Made by a program: the position numbers and the translations under genes. From the NCBI GenBank assembly GCA_907165135.1, contig OU015569.1, positions 10,788,001-10,852,000 on the forward strand: 64,000 nucleotides of DNA, in the 5' to 3' direction. The notes under the pieces are model-generated. The model was not told the origin of the DNA. It made no database searches and saw nothing but the letters and a program-made list of their open reading frames with translations. Shown piece after piece: positions 51,301 to 62,612 of this stretch. This stretch comes from Oikopleura dioica. Taxonomy: Eukaryota > Animalia > Chordata. The first letter of the stretch is position 1. Each line of letters begins with the position of its first letter.

Positions 51301-51928
51301 TCATGAAGTCATCCTTTTCAAAAATTGGGTTTAAAATTTAAAGAACTTTTTGAAGAAAATCCAACTTGCAGAAAATTCCTCAATTTTAAACCCCTTATCA
51401 ATATTCGGGAAGATTGTACTGGTCTCCAAACGGTCAGTAGAACTTCTAGAGTTTGCTTCGAGCGCTAGAACTTTTGTTTCCAGACGATTGATCTTGTTAT
51501 TTATCATCTTGGTCCTAGTAGACTCTCCTTTGAACTTGTTTCGAATTAATTTTCTCAGCGATTCTTGTGCGTTTCTGTTCGATTTTCCAGCTTCGAGGCA
51601 GGTTTGTAGGCCAGACTCAAGACTCTGTAAGTTCTTCTCGAGATTGATAAGGCGCACTTCGTTCTCGTTTTTCTGATAATGAAAATTGTTCAGATCTGTT
51701 GTTTGTTGTTTCTGGTTGTTGCTGATCTTGGCGATGTTGTTTTCTGCTTCGAGGAGTCTGTCAGCCAAGGCCGTAATTGCATCTCTCGAATTTGCGCGAG
51801 GTTCTCTGCCAACTTCCACGACAAATGGGTCAGCAGCAAAGATAGAGCTACTTTTTGTTGAGATTTGAATAAGGAAATAGTTCTAGGTTTTACCTTAGAA
51901 TGCACCATAGAGGGCGTAGCAGCCGCAT
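48333..51928 (-). CDS. Large multi-exon coiled-coil protein with a predicted signal peptide (roughly 900-1000 aa, estimate)
   Basis: First exon MRLLRPLWCIL-S|SIFAADPF; consecutive heptad-rich ORFs from 51819 to 48333 separated by short GT-AG introns; two CC dipeptides (DDCCLR, NSCCTA). Confidence 0.75.
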
Positions 51929-52350
51929 TTTCTCTCTTTCTCTCTATATGTTTTTGGTCTCTATTATGTATAATTTCGTCGATAAACGTAAAAAGTTAGT
52001 TAAAAAGTGGGCAAGTTTGGAACCCCTTTGAGGAGCAATCAACTGGATGAGCCAAATATTTGGGCACACAATGGCCTTGCCGCCACCACAAACACAAGTT
52101 AAGGAAGTGTTTATAAAATCACTTTTTCAAATTCTTTCGGAAAACTTGGAGCACGTCCAAAGCCAAGTGTAGTCCTCTCGCCCGAATGAGCGAGAGAATG
52201 AGAGAGAGAGAGCGCGAGAAAGGAAATATTTTTGAGGATCGTTTGATTTTGAAGCTTGAAGTTTCTGAACTTGAGTTTATTCTTCTTCTTATAGTAGCAT
52301 GGATTAGCGAAAAAAAGGGAGCAGTTGATAGTTGTAGTAATTAAGGCGAT

Positions 52351-53323
52351 TTAAAAGTTCCCGCGGAAGTCGTCAATGCCGGATTTTAATGAATTCAGCG
52401 AGTCGTTCATTTTCTTGTCAAAACCCATCGCATGCACCCAAGTAGCTGAAAAGAACAATTCAATAAGCGCGAAAGAAACAAGAATGAAGATTTTACATGT
52501 AAAGAAAAAGACCATGAAAGCATTGCGAATTCCGTAGACCATCATCACTTCAGGAAGAAAGCCGCGTTTGAACATCAACATGGCGGCAACGGTCAGGGAG
52601 AAGGACAAAACGCCGGCGAAAACGCAGAGAACCACGTGAGCATGAAGCGCCCTGAACAAAAACATGCATGATAGAATAACCTAATGATTGATTACGTTGG
52701 ACTTCCTCCGCCGTTTTCGTGATCAGCCAAAGCGCAGCTGCCGATTTGACCGACCATGTACTAAAATTTTTCATAGAAAATTCTTATAGAAATTATTATG
52801 GAGAAATTTGATTCTGAGATTACCTCAAAAAGGGAGATTCCAGTCATGGTAAGAGCAATGTAGAGGGAAAATCTTCGTATCTTCGAGACATATGCTTCGT
52901 GAGAGTAGTATGTTATCTAAAATCAAGAATTTTTGAGAGGTGAAATAGTTTTTTACTTTTTCTGAAGCTGGTTTGCCGACGTACTGGACAGGGAAGAAAA
53001 ACTCCATCATTTCGGTAGCGACGTTCATTCCAGTGATCAATCTATCAGAGCCGAAAACGTAGGGGCTATTTTAATGAGCTCAGAAAAAAAACGGAGCAAA
53101 TAGAAGAATCTCTAGAGCTCTGGAATTGCTACTGTTCCCATAGAGGGCGATAACGACGGCGAAGATGATGGTTATCCAGGCAAAGGCGATTTCCCATCCC
53201 GCATTTGAGCTCTGAATTAGCGTTGTTTACCGCGTAATGAAGGGAAAATGAATGAGTTACGATTGTGTTTCGAATATCCAAGTCCAAATCCCACTCGACG
53301 AAATTCACTTTCGATGTCTTCAT
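52351..53323 (-). CDS. Unassigned multi-pass membrane protein, multi-exon; may extend upstream into a Thr/Ser-rich exon at ~53400-53550
   Basis: Hydrophobic exons WEIAFAWITIIFAVVIALYGN, RRFSLYIALTMTGISLFE, VVLCVFAGVLSFSLTVAAMLMF, IRNAFMVFFF with short introns. Confidence 0.5.
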
Positions 53324-54488
53324 TTTTCGGATAGTAAAATATTTCTCATAAATTTATGACAATCACTTTTTTGCTCTTGATTCTATCCGACTTTTTCCTG
53401 TGTTGCTGCAATAGAAGTTGCGTTCGTAATAAAGTCTTCACTCCCTGTGGTCGTCAAGAAAGCTTCAGTCGGCATTACAGTCTCTGGAATGACTGGAGAA
53501 CTACTGTTGAGTTCCGCCATCGATTCGGTCAAAATCACAGCCGCCTATTTCCGGATCTCTCTTTCTCTCTCTCTCCGAAGAAGTCAGAGAATCAATCGTA
53601 AAGTAAATGACTCGTTGTCGAATCTGAGGAATTTGAGAGATTGATCCGCGCCTGCGTAGTGCTCATAAAACCGCCAGTCGTAGGTTCTGCCATTTTTTCT
53701 TTGCGCTCTCTTTCTCTCTTTTGATTTCTTCTGGTTGAATCTCTCAAAATCTGAAAAGTTCGATTTTCGATTTCGATGGAGCGTGGAGTGTCTTTTGCGA
53801 CTGAACTGGGGTCGCTCCCTCAGTATCTCCCTAAATCAGTATTTGGTAATCTCGACAGTCCCACTACAGACAGTACTCTTACTCATTTACAGAGCGAACT
53901 CAGTTATGGGGAGAGCTAGGCACCTTGCCAAAGCCAACCAAACCTCAGACTCCTTCAGAAGAGCATCCCGTGGAAGTGCTAAGCCCTGACGATTCTAGAG
54001 CCACTCGTTTGTACTGCAAATCAACGTGGCGCCGCGCCAAATAAACTTTTAACGACATTAACGATGAAATTAATAACTTTCTGCAGCTGTTCTTTAGTTC
54101 GACAATAAAATCAAAGATCAAACGAGAATCCAAATTTAATCCAGAGCGAAGTGAGAAACGGTCAAATACCAGGGTTCTGAACGACCCTAATTCTTTGACG
54201 TATTTGTTTTTCCATGAGACCACAGAAGATTACCAGAAGTCGACACCTATCGAAACAACTTGGGAAAAAACACTTTTGAATTTCTTAAGACCCAACTTCT
54301 ATAACGAAAATTTCATGAAACAAAAAAAAATCTAACAATGCTCAAACTTTCTTTGCTTCAATAATATCATTCAATAAAAACATATATTGTTGAAAAATCA
54401 GCAGGTGCGCGAATAGAACTCAATTTTCTTTGTCTTCATTTTGCCAAACTCCTTTCATTTTTGTGATTTATTCTGAAAGAGAGAAGAT

Positions 54489-55609
54489 ATGCTCGGAGAA
54501 CAAGTTGTATTCAAACATCAAGTTGAAGGAGGAGAGCCTATCAATTTTGTATTCAAACACATGGCCATAGCGAATGCTCGTGGTTGTCATTCCTGTGACC
54601 GGTAAAATTTAATAAATTGCGCTTACCTATTTTACGTTCTCGATTTAGCATGTTTCTAAGGTAGCATGACCTCCAAATTCGGCCAAGTAAAATTTGATTT
54701 TTTAATTTTTCCTAGTCCTTCTAAGGGCCCCTAGGTGAAAGTGCGCAGTTCCTAACCCTAAGGCCTAACGTAGGGGGCTTCGCCCCCTTGGAACCCCCCT
54801 AACACTATCCTAAAATGAGGGTGGCCGAACTTCGAAGCCATACTACAGTTCCTTGTTTTGAGGCAAGAGCGTCCCGATTTTAACGGATTTTTGACTTTCA
54901 TCATTTAGTCATACGATGAAAGTAATCAAGATATACAAAACCACTGCTAGTGTTTACACCACCTGTCAAATTTGCTTTCTCCAGGAGTCGAAAAACGATA
55001 ACAACGTACCTACGCGAGAGCCAATCGAAGAATATAACAAAAAATTGTTTAAATGTCCAGCGAGAAAGTGCCCAATACATCAAAGCTTCAACGATTTCGT
55101 GAATGGTAGATGCTGCAAAGATGCAGTTAGAAAGATCAATTACGGTAACAGCGCTTTTTATGCATTTTAAATAATATTTTACGAAGAATTGCGTCGTGAG
55201 ATGTGCAACTCGCAGCGGGACTACCAAAAAGAAGTAGAAGAAGAAATCAAAATCGAGAAGAAAATCGAAGAAGCTGAGATTAATCTCAGAAAAAGAAAGG
55301 GCGAGGATGAGGTAGGATTCCTATTTTAATTCTATGTTTTGAAAGGTTGATAAGCTAAACATCTGAGTTTAGGAGGCCAAACAAGCATTGAAAAAAGCGA
55401 CGATTGAAGCTGAACGAACCGAGGAAGCGTTAAAAACTGCTGAAGAAGAATTGAAAACACTGAAGACGTCGCTTTCTTCTATCCAAAAAAAGGTTGATGC
55501 CAAGCAACAAAAACTCGATGCCGCTGTCACTTGCGCCGTCCCAAATATAATGACCTTTCAACAGAAGAAAAAGCAGAGTGAGAAGGCAGCTCACTCAGGC
55601 AAAGCTTGA
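54489..55609 (+). CDS. Cys/His-rich (degenerate RING/TRAF-like) domain plus coiled-coil protein, four exons
   Basis: GCHSCD-R|HTMK...TCQIC...FKCPARKCPIHQSFNDFVNGRCCKDA, then EELRREMCNSQRDYQKEVEEE... coiled coil; GT-AG introns in consistent phases. Confidence 0.6.
54661..54846. mobile_element. Old MITE-like insertion in the first intron of the Zn/coiled-coil gene
   Basis: 25-bp imperfect TIR GTAG(C/T)ATG(A/G)C(C/T)TC(C/G)AA(A/G)TTCGGCCA with 5 mismatches; contains the GGGGGCTTCGCCCCC hairpin core. Confidence 0.6.
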
Positions 55610-55986
55610 AGCAAGGCTCTTCAGAATAGTGTCAGTTCATTTCTTCATCTTCACCTCACTGTTAATATTCTCGACATTGCCAAGTCGGAAATTTCTTCGT
55701 CTTTGAATGAAATCTGTTGCTTATTAAGGTCTCCACAATAAAAAATTTCTACTAGATAAAATTATTGAACAAAAAGTAAGGGGTAAAAGGACTAGACTTT
55801 TGTTCACAAGCTGAGAGGAATGATTTCACGTTCGCAGGTTCCTTTTCTGAAAAACGTTGTGTCACGTCAGCCATGTCTAATTCAAAAGTTGTTCCAATTC
55901 GTTCAGCCATTCTAAACCGATCCAAATGATGATATTCGCGATAAAATAATTTCTTCTTCAATCATTTCTCATTTTTTCTAAACGAG

Positions 55987-57622
55987 ATGCGCGTTTTCAC
56001 CGGCGTTTTTTGTTTTTTACTGAGTTTTACTGATTTCGCTTCAGCGGCGATCAAATACGGCGGCTACAAAGGTTGAAAACTCGGAATTGAGCTTCTTTTT
56101 TGTTAACATTTGCGTTGTAGGGAGCTATTTCACTGCTGATGGAGAGAGAAAAACCTTTGAAGGAGGTTATCGGATCAGAGAAAAACCGGCTTGGAGGCAG
56201 AGTCGAGAGAACAAACCGAAAAACAATCAGAATTGGAAGAACAATGTTTCCAAACCGTTTGAAGAAACTCGGCTTTCAAATTTAGACCCATTTTTGGGGT
56301 CTTTTGTGAATTCATTTCAAAGCCATTTTGAGCGCTTTCTAGTCAGCGAAGTAGAATCGAACCCAAACCTCTTTTTGATTACGAGTATGGCGCGTCCGTT
56401 GTGCCACTAGAATCAGTCATTGACGTCGATCTCGACTACATGGAAATGGACAAAAAGATCTTTGAAGAAAGCGGCGTTTTTACGCGCTTTTTGGGAACTG
56501 AGCTAGAAAAAGAAGTTGATGGGCAAACTGTCAAGTACAAATTTCCGCTTCCGGTGGAGAAGACGGAAAACTCTCTTCAGCGGCAAATTCTTCCCGCGGA
56601 CATGGTTCTTCGGTAAGCCCTCTTTTCTTTTTGTGACTTGATTGGATGTATTCAGCGACTTTTCAAATTTGACAACTTCGTTTCAAGAAAAAATTCTCAA
56701 CGGGAAAGGAATTCCGGTCATGAACGGCAAGTTCTTGGCCATTTTCATGTGGGATACCAACTGGGGCCAAATGAGAATGAATTTATCGTCAATTACAAAA
56801 GGGAGTAGAATCGAGCAAAAAGAAGCGTTTGAGGGTCGAGGAATGGATTAAATTATGAATTTATTTTGTTTACATTTTTTGAGAAACGGTTGAACTCTAT
56901 CTTTAATCTTTGTAAAGGCAACGAAGTTCTTGACGGATCAGACATAGATTCAACAGTAACCAACGGAGCCGTCTTTCCTGATGGGACCTGGCGCATGGAT
57001 GTTTCCTTTTTGACAGGGCAAACTTTCTCTTACTGGGGAAAATCGAAGAGTGGCTGGATGCTAGAAGGGTGCTTTACTTGTCTTGGATGCGCTTTTACTG
57101 CCAATCAATGTCTCGGAAGGTACTGGAGAAGCTTTAAAACCTAGTGTTAAGACTCTGTATTTAGAGTCTTCTTGATGCCAGACCAACTGACAATGGAGCA
57201 ATCAACTCAGTTTTTCATCGACAGCGCGCTTGAAAAATTCACTCTTCCGGAAGATCAAGAACCTACGGATGAAAGAGACCTCTCAAAATACAAGTAAGAG
57301 CGGCGTTCAAACAATTTTCAACTCTCCTAGGAAACATTTGATGAAATTAGAACGCACTTTGAAGCAGATGGGCTCACTGAAAAACCCGAAAGGAACGAAG
57401 CGATCAAAGAAATTCAACGGTGGGGCGAGTGACCTTTTCTTCAATGAAGATTTTGGTGTCGAGGCGTTTTACGAAAAATTGAAGAACTTTATCAACGAAC
57501 GATTCGGAGAAAAGGAGAGGCATTCAAAGCGCCAATGGGTTTGCTTCTGAAGCTATTTAAATAACTTAATTTTTTTCCTAGAACAAAATGATGATGAAGA
57601 TTATGGCTGTCTGCGAGTATGA
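55987..57622 (+). CDS. Orphan secreted protein, multi-exon
   Basis: Signal peptide MRVFTGVFCFLLSFTDFASA-AIKYGGYK; successive in-frame exons (ORF track 56087, 56401, 56642, 56866) with short introns; last exon EQNDDEDYGCLRV*. Confidence 0.55.
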
Positions 57623-59484
57623 CATGAAACGATGTCCAGAAGAGCTTCGCGAGTTCGAATCAAAGGATCAAATCCGTTTGATGAACTCCCGCTTATAAAC
57701 TCTCCTGCTGATTGTTTTTTGCGGAATAAATTTTGTATTTTTTCTTGTCATGTTGTTTTTGCTTGGAAAAGAAAGCGTGATACCTTGGGAGAAAAGGCGA
57801 ATGCTCCGTGCTGAGAAAAGAGGCACATTTTGTGATTGAAAATGTCTCTAAAATCAGACGAATGCTGTCATAACAAGCTCTTGGGAATTTCGGAGTAGCT
57901 TGACCGGATGTTGTTTTCAGAGGGCAATTTATTCGTGTGTAAGTTTGGAATTATCTTACGCTCAATTCTCACAGTTGAAACTCATCTCTGCTCGCTGATT
58001 GTCAAATACTTCTACGAAAAAAAAACTATAATTAGGTTCTACTGAAGCTACCGAATAGTAAATTGTTTGTTTGAAAATCTATCAACTGTAATAACTTTCT
58101 ATTCAAGGACAATCAATGAATCTGGTTGACCAAGCATTCGAGCTTGTTTTCAGAGAATAAATGACGATTATAGCTAGCTCCGATCATGCTATCGCTTTCT
58201 TTTTTTGTTCCTTCAGAAGTTCGATGTTCCAACTTTCAAGTATTTATTTACTTACTGGTCAATTTTGACACGTAAAGTGCTTGGAAGCAGAATCACGAGG
58301 AGCGAGAGGAGCAGGAAGCGGCTGGGCGCTGCTATTATTTCCGACATGATAATGTTTATCCACGTGGCTTCTACTTTCGACAGGAGCTTCACTTTCTTTC
58401 CAGCAATAGAGCAATCATTGAGGAGTCTTTTATCGACAGAAAAACGTGATGGGCGTGTAAAAGCCACTGAAATCACTGCTACTTTTTTTCTTTCGTAATT
58501 ACGCGCTTGTTTGGCACACGTGCTTCTAGGGCCACGAAAGCTCGATCTTACTGTCATAAGATCAAAAAGGGCACGTGAGGAGACTTCTTTCAAGGTCAGC
58601 AATCGCACTTTAACCTTTTTATGTCTCAAAAAAGGGAAAGATTCAATTATACTCCTCGTTGATTTCAACGAAAAAAAATGATGATTTCTCAGCTCTGAAC
58701 GATATTCCACGGCAAATAACGATATTATTATAAATAAACCAACTAACGTATACGATTAACTAGTTAGAATTTCTTATAAATAATCAGCTTGAAAACTAAA
58801 AAGCATGATTCCACATGAATGGAATTCTCTTGTTTAGGGAGCATCATTAAAAAATCTTGTCGAAAAAATGTAATCATAGCGACCATTTGAATTTACCAAC
58901 CACTGAAACGAAGAAGTCTTCAAGATCATTCCAGCTCTATTTGCTCAGTCGGAAGATTACGTATTATTCTACCAGAAAGCAGCGGATTCGATTCATATGA
59001 TGCTTTCTAGTTTTCAACTCTAACTTTCTTTCCTTTATTTAATGTTTGATAATGAAGTGAAGTGTCGCTTTCCTAAATTGACCATCATCGGACAGTATCT
59101 ATGGCAATCTGGGCACGCGCAGAGCATTTGAGTCACCTTTTCCCTTATGTTTCCTGTTATGCAAGTGTTGCGATGTTCTCCTGTCGATTAGGACCACAAT
59201 GTGATACATGTGACCCCATGCGCCCTCCCCATGCGGCCCATAGGTAGGGGATCCATCGTGATTCCATAGAATAGTAGAAATAGACTATTTGCTTACTGAC
59301 TTTATTTGCCCTACCAGAATGGTGAGCCATTATAAGTGGCGTACCGTAAAAACTCACTCACATTTATCAATCGAATCATAGTAATCGAACAAAAAATAAC
59401 TCTTTTTTCAAAAAGTTATGAAAAATGATCCCTTCGAGAAATCAACCACGAAGCATGTCAACCAACAACGAGAATAAAAATAGA

Positions 59485-60314
59485 ATGAAAACAAGGTAAG
59501 ATGCGCTTTTTTTTGCTTTTCGAATGAGAGAAATTTTAAAGATCGAGCAAAAGAACTGTGTCAAGAGTCAGTTCCGTCAATTCCGAAGATCTCCAGGGCT
59601 TCGATCCTGAAAAAGACGTCTTCCTCGAGGAGCATGAGGTAGATGGAGACTGGACGGAGATAAAACGACGAAGCTCCGCTGACGAGATTCGTCAGGCTCG
59701 AGAAGTCAAGCGCCACTGTAAGTGTTTCCATCAAAATCTCTAATTTTACTGAATTCGTAGCGAATGAAATCATCACCCGAGTGAACCCAACCCTCCGTCT
59801 CCGCCCAGTCCGGGCCAATACCACCTGCGGTAACAGCTCTTCCCGAGGATCGCCCTCAAGTGGAGGATTTCGTTCTAGAACTTTGTAAGTAACACCGATA
59901 GACAAGTCTGCGGTTTTCCCTTTTTTGACGAAATAATCCGAAGAAATACTAAAGCTAATATTAGCACTAATCACGTAGTAAGGGCGCGCCTGACTTGGCA
60001 AATGTCTCATGTCTCGCTTTTTCTTTCTTGAGAAGAACTCAGTAATCATCCAACCTCATAAATATTATTATTCTAGCTCTGCGCCAAGCCCTCGATGTCT
60101 CAACTCAGTCAAATCAACAGCAATCTCACTGGACTTGAAGAAAATCTCCCTCGAATGGGAAAAGAAACGACTCAACTCGATACCGGAGGAAGAAAAGAAG
60201 CCCAAGAAACGCGCTCACCGGCTGAGGGCGCTGCTTTCCAAACTCAAATCGCCACGAGTACTTGCGCCAATCGTCGTTGTCGTCCTTGGCACCATTGCGA
60301 ATCGACTGCTTTGA
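59485..60314 (+). CDS. 182-aa tail-anchored protein with an acidic W-x-x-I (LIR-like) motif; exons 59485-59495, 59542-59717, 59761-59884, 60077-60314
   Basis: All three GT-AG introns are phase-consistent; EEHEVDGDWTEI; C-terminal KLKSPR-VLAPIVVVVLGTIA-NRLL*. Confidence 0.75.
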
Positions 60315-60770
60315 TTAAATCATCGTTGACCATCACATGTTATAGACTTTTCTGATAATTAAAACTCTCCCCCAGGTGGGGCCTTCCCAAATATTTCTGG
60401 TTAAATATTTTTCTCTTTCAACTATCTTTTCTGAAATAAAGGCTGGACCTAATGTCATGTATTCTTTGTTGGTGTGAAACTAAAATTGCTATCTTCTCTA
60501 GATAAAACTTATTGAAAATTTATTGTTATCAAAAAACCTTCACTTTAAAAACTCCTTCCACGCAGGTAAAGTTACTATTTCCAATCCTCTCTTTATTAGT
60601 TTTCGCAGAAGATGGTAGATCTTTCTTACGAAGAAAAGCAAACATGCAATATCTCTGAAAAAGACTTGCATTGGCTTCGTAAGGGAAAGGACCCTCAGCT
60701 AAGCATCCCCGTTTACGCTGTCGTTCTGAATCATACTGGTAAGACTGAGTACGGTGCTCAGTGCCCAAAG

Positions 60771-62241
60771 CAGAGTTCGAAATTTCCCGCGCCGCAAGGT
60801 CCCGCGAGCCCCCGCGGGAGCGGGGGAGCAAAATTTCTCCCGCGCCCCCGCTCCCCCAAGATATTTGGATATTCTTTCCCCCTCCCCCGCTCCCTCGAGA
60901 TTTTCTCGTGGTCTTTCCCCCTCCCCCGCTCCCGCCGTAAATTGTTCTTTCCCGCCTTCTTCCCGCCCCTTCCCGCGCCGCGAAAACTCAAAAATGCTCC
61001 CGCGGGGCTGCGGGAGCAGCGGGGAAGAAGGTTTTTAAATTTAAGGGGCTTGACGGCCCTTCGGGCCGTTTCAGCCCCGTTCCTTGGTTTTTAAATTTAA
61101 GGGGCTTGACGGCCCTTCGGGCCGTTTCAGCCCCGTTCCTTGGTTTTTAAATTTAAGGGGCTTGACGGCCCTTCGGGCCGTTTCAGCCCCGTTCCTTGGT
61201 TTTAAATTTAAGGGGCTTGACGGCCCTTCGGGCCGTTTCAGCCCCGTTCCTTGGTTTTTAAATTTAAGGGCTTGACGGCCCTTCGGGCCGTTTCAGCCCC
61301 GTTCCTTGGTTTTTAAATTTAAGGGCTTGACGGCCCTTCGGGCCGTTTCAGCCCCGTTCCTTGGTTTTTAAATTTAAGGGGCTTGACGGCCCTTCGGGCC
61401 GTTTCAGCCCCGTTCCTTGGTTTTTAAATTTAAGGGCTTGACGGCCCTTCGGGCCGTTTCAGCCCCGTTCCTTGGTTTTTAAATTTAAGGGGCTTGACGG
61501 CCCTTCGGGCCGTTTCAGCCCCGTTCCTTGGTTTTTAAATTTAAGGGGCTTGACGGCCCTTCGGGCCGTTTCAGCCCCGTTCCTTGGTTTTTAAATTTAA
61601 GGGCTTGACGGCCCTTCGGGCCGTTTCAGCCCCGTTCCTTGGTTTTAAATTTAAGGGCTTGACGGCCCTTCGGGCCGTTTCAGCCCCGTTCCTTGGTTTT
61701 TAAATTTAAGGGGCTTGACGGCCCTTCGGGCCGTTTCAGCCCCGTTCCTTGGTTTTTAAATTTAAGGGGCTTGACAAAGGCCGGGGAAGTCTTAGTTGAT
61801 CAATCTCAGTTTCGTCCCCAACCCCACCAACCACCATTCAATGTGAAATTAATATAGTTCATGTTCTTAGCTTTGTTATGGTTTTTATTTATTTTTTTCA
61901 ATTTTATTTCTCAATTGTCGAATTATCTAAGGGGCCTGACTCAGGCTTCTTCCTTAGTGAAGACCTTTTTAAACCAGCCCTCACGTTGATTTTTCTTTCC
62001 CGCAGGCTCCCGCGGGAGCAAAAGAGAGGGGGAATCCTTCCCGCGCCCCCGCTCCCGCGCAAATTTTCAGGCCTTTTTCCCCGCCCCCGCTCCCGCGCAA
62101 AATTTTTGGACTTGCTCCCGCTCCCCCGCTCCCGCGAAAAATATTCGACCTTGCTCCCGCTCCCCCGCACCCGCGAAAAATTTCAGTCATAGTTCCCGCT
62201 CCCCCCGCACCCGCAAAAGTTCGCGGGAATTTCGAACTCTG
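60771..62241. mobile_element. Non-autonomous hAT-like element (1471 bp) with an internal tandem array
   Basis: TIR CAGAGTTCGAAATT(T)CCCGCG; perfect 8-bp TSD GCCCAAAG (60763-60770, 62242-62249); subterminal CTCCC(C)CGC arrays. Confidence 0.95.
61031..61775 (+). repeat. Tandem array of 13 full 54-56-bp units plus one partial unit
   Basis: GTTTTTAAATTTAAGGGGCTTGACGGCCCTTCGGGCCGTTTCAGCCCCGTTCCTTG; units differ only in T-run or G-run length; no spacers. Confidence 0.97.
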
Positions 62242-62612
62242 GCCCAAAGGACTTTTCCATGCTTGGCATCAAGGAGGACAAGCTCCGAGAGATCTTGGAT
62301 GAGCTTGCCGATGATGGTATATTTTTTCCCTTCAACAATTTTTTCAACTTTTTATTTTAGGATTCGTTTACAGCACCATGGACGAAGACCACTACAAGGC
62401 TACTGGGCCACTTTAAGTTCCTCTCTGCCTTTACTGACAGACTTTTCTCACAAACATGCATTTTTGAAACTGTAATTCTGAATAAATAAATTTCCGATAA
62501 AAGCTTACATCATCGTTTCTTTTGTTCAATCAAATCAGTCAAAAGAAACAAATGAGACAGTTAGGATTATTATCCAATGTCAACTTTTTATTCTCGGCAA
62601 AAATTAGAAATT

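Larger units (their letters stand above)
60612..62416 (+). pseudogene. Stand-alone RPA32 C-terminal winged-helix protein (93 aa), interrupted in this haplotype by a hAT-like element; intron 62317-62360
   Basis: Removing the element and one TSD gives ...NHTGKTEYGAQCPK/DFSMLGIKEDKLREILDELADD|GFVYSTMDEDHYKATGPL*, matching the RPA2 C-terminal consensus L.N.GHIYSTVDDDHFKST. Confidence 0.8.

Noticed and set aside
57632-58710. 152-aa minus-strand ORF (58252-58710) and plus-strand fragments, one faintly MATH-like (EAHFVIENVSKI)
   Set aside because: Competing frames on both strands with stops; no consistent gene model could be built
61031-61775. CRISPR-like array of palindromic repeats
   Set aside because: Units are directly adjacent with no unique spacers, there are no cas genes, and the context is eukaryotic; it is a tandem repeat
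60763-62249. Precise splicing-out of the hAT-like element from the RPA32C gene
   Set aside because: The right TSD ends in AG, but the exact donor position reads CA. The strong GTAAGA donor at 60739 and the other nearby GT donors give frameshifts; only weak GC/GA sites that would delete 5-8 residues are in frame
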